This document shows positions 59,217 to 64,000 of a DNA stretch of 64,000 bases, one piece after another. The stretch lies in sequence record NC_042128.1. One strand, given 5' to 3'. The notes beneath the pieces were generated by a model. The model was not told where the DNA came from. It did not search any database and saw only the letters and a program-made list of their open reading frames with translations. Numbering within the stretch: position 1 is the first letter of the stretch; every line of letters begins with the position of its first letter. A program made the position numbers and the translations under genes. Source of the DNA: Escherichia phage RCS47.

Positions 59217-59723
59217 TTGAGTATTTTCAATAAACACGCACACCAGGAACGTCCGTACATCGTCATAGTAGATATTGATGGGACGATATCAGAGGCAACG
59301 GAAGACAGGCTGCATTTACTTCCACCACCTGGCAAAGGTGCATTAACAGAGCACTGGAACGAGTTTAACCTTGCCTGTGACACTGATGCTCCCATCACTC
59401 CAGTTATTGATATGGTGCGCCAGTTGTCCGGCATTTACACCCTCTGGTTTGTAACCGGGCGCTGTGAGATCGCAAGGGATAAAACACGAGCCTGGCTGCG
59501 GAAGTACGTAACAAACGGGGCTGAGCCTTTGCTATCTATGCGTCCTGCCACCGATGACAGAAATGACGGCCCAGCAAAGATTGATCTCCTTAAGAAAATT
59601 GGTCTAAGTAAAATCGCGTTCGCGCTGGAAGATAAGATTGAAGTGGCGCGTGTTTTCAGGAGGCACGGCGTGCTTACGTTAATGGTCAGGGAGTATGAAA
59701 ACGCGCTTCTCCATCAACAATAA
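59217..59723 (+). CDS. HAD-superfamily phosphatase-like protein (DxDGT motif)
   Basis: 168 aa; YIVIVDIDGTISE near N-terminus, as in polynucleotide 3'-phosphatases. Confidence 0.45.
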   Translation: MSIFNKHAHQERPYIVIVDIDGTISEATEDRLHLLPPPGKGALTEHWNEFNLACDTDAPITPVIDMVRQLSGIYTLWFVTGRCEIARDKTRAWLRKYVTNGAEPLLSMRPATDDRNDGPAKIDLLKKIGLSKIAFALEDKIEVARVFRRHGVLTLMVREYENALLHQQ

Positions 59724-59739
59724 TTGCTCTAATAAATAT
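59723..59739 (+). promoter_or_regulatory. C1 operator-like 17-mer (16/17)
   Basis: attgctctaataaatat overlapping the stop of the preceding gene. Confidence 0.45.
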
Positions 59740-59821
59740 TGATTTTTAAAACAGAGAAAGTGAAAATAAAAACATGCCGCAAGGCGCGGCATGTATCCAA
59801 TCAATCACAGGAGCTGAAAAT

Positions 59822-59908
59822 ATGAACACGGCATTCAAAATCATTATGGCCGCGATCTATTTCTGGCTGTTCTCTATCACTTTTGGCGGCATCGTCGCAC
59901 ATGGGTAA
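59822..59908 (+). CDS. 28-aa hydrophobic peptide (single TM helix)
   Basis: MNTAFKIIMAAIYFWLFSITFGGIVAHG with AGGAG RBS; below ORF-track size cutoff. Confidence 0.3.
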   Translation: MNTAFKIIMAAIYFWLFSITFGGIVAHG

Positions 59909-59917
59909 GGGGGATGC

Positions 59918-60505
59918 ATGAAAGGCGAAGTGAAAGAGCGCGGCATGATTTTTAACGATGAGATGGTCCGGGCAATTCTTGGCGGGAATAAAACACAGAC
60001 TCGCAGGATTGTTGAAGAAAAATTCTATGGACGGGCAGTGGCCGCAGAGTTGCTTGCCAAGCATTGTCCATATGGTCAACCGGGCGATCGTATTTGGGTT
60101 CGCGAAACCTACCGGGTACATGGCAAAGCGACGGACGTCGCAACGCTGGTTTATCGCGCAAGCGTGCGTAACTCCTGGACAGAACAAACGCACCGGGTTC
60201 CGGTCGAGGTTTGTAATAAACCAGTATCAGAAAAGTGGACGCCATCAATTCACATGCCGCGCTGGGCATCGCGCATTCTTCTGGAAATTACCAACGTGCG
60301 CGTTGAGCGGTTGAACGATATCAGCGAATGCGATGCAAGGGCTGAGGGCGCACCAACAGAATCGACCCTCATTGGCGATAAGCATTACCCAGGTTTCCGT
60401 AGCCTATGGAAATCAATTTATGGCGAAGATAGTTGGAACGCTAATCCTTGGGTGTGGGTAATAGAGTTTGAGCGTATTCAGGGGGCAACCAGTGAGCGAA
60501 ATTAA
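59918..60505 (+). CDS. ASCH/PUA-like domain protein
   Basis: 195 aa; N-terminal ...MVRAILGGNKTQTRR... Confidence 0.4.
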   Translation: MKGEVKERGMIFNDEMVRAILGGNKTQTRRIVEEKFYGRAVAAELLAKHCPYGQPGDRIWVRETYRVHGKATDVATLVYRASVRNSWTEQTHRVPVEVCNKPVSEKWTPSIHMPRWASRILLEITNVRVERLNDISECDARAEGAPTESTLIGDKHYPGFRSLWKSIYGEDSWNANPWVWVIEFERIQGATSERN

Positions 60506-61181
60506 TTACCAGGCACTGCGTGAGGCGGCGGAACGTGCAATTCCAGCAATGGAACGCCTGTTAATGTTGCCAGCTGATGATGATTTGTTAAGTGAACAGG
60601 AACTTAAAGATTACGGTGTGGATATTGATGCGCTCAACGCCTTCAAATTTCTGGCCGGACCAGAAACCGTGCTGGCACTACTGGATGAACGGGAAAGGAA
60701 CCAGCAATACATCAAACGCCGCGACCAGGAGAACGAGGATATTGCGCTAACGGTAGGGAAGCTGTTAATCGAAAACGGTCAGCTTGTTGCCGATACGCTA
60801 CGCCACTTAGCTGATAACGAAATCGACTCTGATTATTTTGCTATCACCTCAACTAATGAGAACGGTACTGAAATTGATCATGAGATGTCTATTACCGATT
60901 ACGCACTGCAAGCTGCCGGAACTGTAGACGAATTGGTTGCGGCGCTGGAAGCCGCAAAATCAAAACTCAACGAGCAGCGTGAATATTACGAGGGAGTAAT
61001 CGCGGATGGAAGTAAGCGCATAGCAGAACTGGAGGAGCGGGAAATACTGCTCCCGGAACGTAGCAGCATGCTTCATCGAACAGATTTTCACGATGATTAC
61101 CAAACGGTAATGGCATACAAAGTTTCTGAAGTCATCGCTGCAATCCGCGCCGCAGGCATTCGCATCAAAGGAGGTGAGTAA
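60468..61181 (+). CDS. acidic hypothetical protein
   Basis: 237-aa ORF. Confidence 0.4.
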   Translation: MSVFRGQPVSEINYQALREAAERAIPAMERLLMLPADDDLLSEQELKDYGVDIDALNAFKFLAGPETVLALLDERERNQQYIKRRDQENEDIALTVGKLLIENGQLVADTLRHLADNEIDSDYFAITSTNENGTEIDHEMSITDYALQAAGTVDELVAALEAAKSKLNEQREYYEGVIADGSKRIAELEEREILLPERSSMLHRTDFHDDYQTVMAYKVSEVIAAIRAAGIRIKGGE

Positions 61182-61357
61182 TGCGTGTGGCATGTATCGG
61201 CTTGTTACCGTACCCGACTCGTTTTTGGGCTTCTGCGCTAATTGCAAAGCCGTATGTCCTGATGGCTGACAACATCATCCCGGCACCAAAGCGCCGCCAT
61301 ACCGGTATTGCAGCGGCACGACGAGCAGCAAAGAGACGCAGGAGAGCAAAGCGATGA
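61181..61357 (+). CDS. small protein with Arg-rich C-terminus
   Basis: 58 aa, strong RBS AGGAGGTGA, stop overlaps next start (ATGA). Confidence 0.3.
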   Translation: MRVACIGLLPYPTRFWASALIAKPYVLMADNIIPAPKRRHTGIAAARRAAKRRRRAKR

Positions 61358-61530
61358 AAAACCGTAAGGCAAAACGACTTTTTTTACAGCGACCTGTGCG
61401 TGTGGTGGAGCTGGTTATTAGCAACCATAAGATAGCGGTACTCCATCCATTTGGTCAGGTGGCTTTTGCCGCAAAGCGTAAGCCTACTGCGTCACAGAAC
61501 AGGCGGAAGAAAGGGTACGCAGTAAGATGA
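61354..61530 (+). CDS. small basic protein, paralog 1 (MKNRKAK...)
   Basis: 58 aa, GGAG RBS, stop overlaps next start. Confidence 0.35.
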   Translation: MKNRKAKRLFLQRPVRVVELVISNHKIAVLHPFGQVAFAAKRKPTASQNRRKKGYAVR

Positions 61531-61715
61531 AAAACCGTAAAGCAAAGATTCTGTTAGTTCGTAGAAACGCTCCTGGCGTCTGGCAGTGGGTGAGACTCAG
61601 CAACCGACGGATGGGGTTGATGAAATATTACGGGATGATGGATTGTGGTTTTTGCAAAAAGCCCAGCGCGGCGCAAAACCGCTGGAAAAACCACTTGCGC
61701 ACTAAAGGAGAGTGA
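61527..61715 (+). CDS. small basic protein, paralog 2 (MKNRKAK...)
   Basis: 62 aa; N-terminus identical in 7 of first 8 residues to paralog 1. Confidence 0.4.
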   Translation: MKNRKAKILLVRRNAPGVWQWVRLSNRRMGLMKYYGMMDCGFCKKPSAAQNRWKNHLRTKGE

Positions 61716-61716
61716 T

Positions 61717-61926
61717 ATGGCTATCGCTGCAAGTTACACCATGCATCTCTATTGTGATTGCCTCCAGTGTACAGATGGCAAATATAAGTCGCCAGACTTC
61801 GGTGAGTATATAGGTACGTCATGGGCTGGCTGTGCAAAAGAGGCGCGCAAGGATGGCTGGCGAATAAGCAAAGACAAAACGCGTGCTTTTGCGCCCGGGC
61901 ATAAAGTTTTGAGGATTAACAAATGA
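61717..61926 (+). CDS. small Cys-rich protein
   Basis: 69 aa from ATG with AAAGGAG RBS; CDC..C..C pattern. Confidence 0.4.
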   Translation: MAIAASYTMHLYCDCLQCTDGKYKSPDFGEYIGTSWAGCAKEARKDGWRISKDKTRAFAPGHKVLRINK

Positions 61927-62780
61927 CCACTATAACCAAAGAGCGACTGCTGACAATCAAGCAGTGGCGCGAAACATACGGACCTGATAGCAACGTTGTA
62001 CTGCCAGCAGAAGAAGCGGAAGAACTGGCGCGTATCGTGCTGGCATCGCTGGAAGCAGAGCCTGTTCTGTATCAGTCCTGCACTCGCCCCACCTGGAATA
62101 GCGGTGTTCCGTGGACGGAATGGAAAGAACGTAGTCGTGAGTGCTACGAAGACGATTTGCGTTTTACAGACACGCCTGACCATGCCGGTTGGATATACAA
62201 ATGTCGAAAACTATATACCACTCCGCCAGCGCCGATAGCGTTAGAGGCCATTGAAAACGCAATTGAATACATTCGTAGTATCGCTTTTCACATCGATGAA
62301 GACGATTACCACGGCAAACATATTGCGTATTTCATGCGACAAGCATTGGCCTGGCTGGAAGGGCATTCATGCAGCGACGACAGACTGGGTAAAGCCGACA
62401 ATCAACCAGTACGCGGCAACCAGGCTGCCGAATCCAATCGCGGTAATGAGTGGACCGGCAATCCTGATATTGATAACGCAATCATCATGCTCGACCGCAT
62501 AGATACGGCGGAAAGTTACGATGATGACCGTATTGAGGCTGTTAAGGCTGTTTTGCGTAGACTGGCAGGCAACTCTCCGGTAACTCCGGATGGTTGGATA
62601 AGCTGTAGTGAGCGAATGCCCCCTCAAGATGATTGGATTTTAATTTATTCAAAGCACGGCGAGTATATGGCAGGACAGGTACAAGGGGAATACGTGGAGT
62701 TGAGCGACGGCACTTTATCGTGGTTAGGGAACGCCTTGTTCTGGATGCCGCTACCAGAACCGCCGCAGGAGGCGAAATGA
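61923..62780 (+). CDS. hypothetical protein with C-terminal DUF551-like domain
   Basis: 285 aa; C-terminus ...DGWISCSERMPP...WLGNALFWMPLPEPP. Confidence 0.45.
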   Translation: MTTITKERLLTIKQWRETYGPDSNVVLPAEEAEELARIVLASLEAEPVLYQSCTRPTWNSGVPWTEWKERSRECYEDDLRFTDTPDHAGWIYKCRKLYTTPPAPIALEAIENAIEYIRSIAFHIDEDDYHGKHIAYFMRQALAWLEGHSCSDDRLGKADNQPVRGNQAAESNRGNEWTGNPDIDNAIIMLDRIDTAESYDDDRIEAVKAVLRRLAGNSPVTPDGWISCSERMPPQDDWILIYSKHGEYMAGQVQGEYVELSDGTLSWLGNALFWMPLPEPPQEAK

Positions 62781-63037
62781 TGGATGTAAAAGAGAAGGTT
62801 TTGCAGGTGATGCGTTCCCGGGCTGCCCTGCAAGATAAAGCTCTCGGCGGGGAATATCCATTCAGGATGGCAACCTGGAATCTGCGGTTGGCAATGGAGA
62901 AGGCATTTCCTGATGAAGAATGGCGTTCGGCAGATTTGCGCAAAATTCTTATGGAGCTGGCTAAAGACGGAACAGTATCCAAAGATACCCATGCCAGCCG
63001 GATTGGTCAGGCGGTATGGAGACTGGAGGTGAGGTAA
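62780..63037 (+). CDS. hypothetical protein
   Basis: 86 aa from internal ATG, start overlapping the preceding stop. Confidence 0.35.
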   Translation: MDVKEKVLQVMRSRAALQDKALGGEYPFRMATWNLRLAMEKAFPDEEWRSADLRKILMELAKDGTVSKDTHASRIGQAVWRLEVR

Positions 63038-63318
63038 TGGCTAACCTGCAACTTGCCGTTAAAGGTGAATACTTCGATGCCATGATTCGCGGGGAGAAAA
63101 CGGAAGAGTATCGCCTGTGTAATGACTACTGGAATAAGCGCCTCGTTAACCGTAAGTATTACCGCCTGATTATCACAAAGGGATATCCGAAGCGCGAAGA
63201 CTTCAGTCGCAGAATTGACGTCCCGTATAACGGATATGAAATAAAAACAATCACACATCCACACTTCGGTGATAAACCGGTAAAGGTGTTCGCGATAAAA
63301 GTGAAGATTAATAGCTAA
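63016..63318 (+). CDS. ASCH domain protein
   Basis: 100 aa; ...LAVKGEYFDAMIRGEKTEEYR... Confidence 0.45.
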   Translation: METGGEVMANLQLAVKGEYFDAMIRGEKTEEYRLCNDYWNKRLVNRKYYRLIITKGYPKREDFSRRIDVPYNGYEIKTITHPHFGDKPVKVFAIKVKINS

Positions 63319-63341
63319 ATTTCAATTAACACGGAGTAATT

Positions 63342-63635
63342 ATGTGGCGCGGTAATAATCATGGCGGAAGTCAGATGATACTTACCGAATATACGTTCGA
63401 CCACAAAACCAATAAATCACGTTCAGTATATTTGCTTCGGCACAATAGCCGCGTAAGAAATACCGTTCTGGAGCAAAATCTGATCGTTGAAATGGATAAT
63501 TTGGGAAACTTCAAGCCAACAATATCGCTTGATGATTTTCCGTGTGGTTTAAGCGAAAGAGAAGCAATGCTGAAATTAGCAGAATGGCTACAAAGATTAA
63601 GCATTGCTATTGAAGATAACTGGTCTGAACCTTAA
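63342..63635 (+). CDS. hypothetical protein
   Basis: 97-aa ORF. Confidence 0.4.
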   Translation: MWRGNNHGGSQMILTEYTFDHKTNKSRSVYLLRHNSRVRNTVLEQNLIVEMDNLGNFKPTISLDDFPCGLSEREAMLKLAEWLQRLSIAIEDNWSEP

Positions 63636-64000
63636 ATTAATATGATGACACTAAAACATTTTCTTGACCGCCCATTATGGGCGGCAGCCGCAGGCTATGA
63701 CTTTAATTATATGGATTGCATGTCTTATACTGCCAATGCATACGACCATTCGTTCAGCCTGCTGTTTAATTCTTTAAGAATATTGCCGGAAACAGAAGTT
63801 GGAGAGCTTCATTTATGGATATTGGGCTTTATCGCGGCTGGAGTTGGTATTGCCGTATGGCCTTTTATTTTCTGGCTGGTGGCTGTTGTAGTGTGGTTTA
63901 AGTGCAAGACGTACCGGAAAAAGTATTTCTTAGGTGATGGAATGACTGATATTGCCAAAATGAACATTGAAAAATGGACTAAGGAATGTGAAAAGAAATG

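Noticed and set aside
59801-60269. - strand ORFs of 105-130 aa overlapping the ASCH-like gene
   Set aside because: Antisense to a + strand gene with recognisable domain motif and RBS.

Overview
This 64 kb window reads as a contiguous segment of a P1-like temperate phage-plasmid from an enterobacterial host, identified from gene order and protein signatures alone (no database search was possible). Left to right: a truncated IS200/IS605-type tnpB; a darA-like operon with holin/antiholin (lydA/lydB-like); a frameshifted Cin/Gin-family invertase next to a ~4 kb invertible tail-fiber segment; a baseplate and tail block ending in a 1140-aa Sit-like tape-measure/transglycosylase; an ImmI-like icd/ant module; kilA and repL; a second, complete tnpB element; tail sheath and a putative capsid gene; the full plasmid maintenance module (parS, parB, parA, incA-like iterons, repA, oriR); a rdgC homolog; a bifunctional C5/N6 DNA methyltransferase interrupted by an intein; three tRNA genes; a DnaB-like helicase; a second baseplate operon; and a rightward block of small enzymes. 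The most notable observations are the 341-codon intein sitting exactly in the catalytic PCQ motif of the methyltransferase, a T5orf172-domain gene inserted between incA and parA, a family of structurally conserved but sequence-divergent hairpins around the tRNA genes, standalone tnpB elements, and an invertible segment whose invertase carries a 1-nt frameshift. Homologies are inferred from motifs I recognise and recalled P1 protein sizes (e.g. ParA 398 aa, ParB 333 aa, Sit 1140 aa), so all need confirmation by search.
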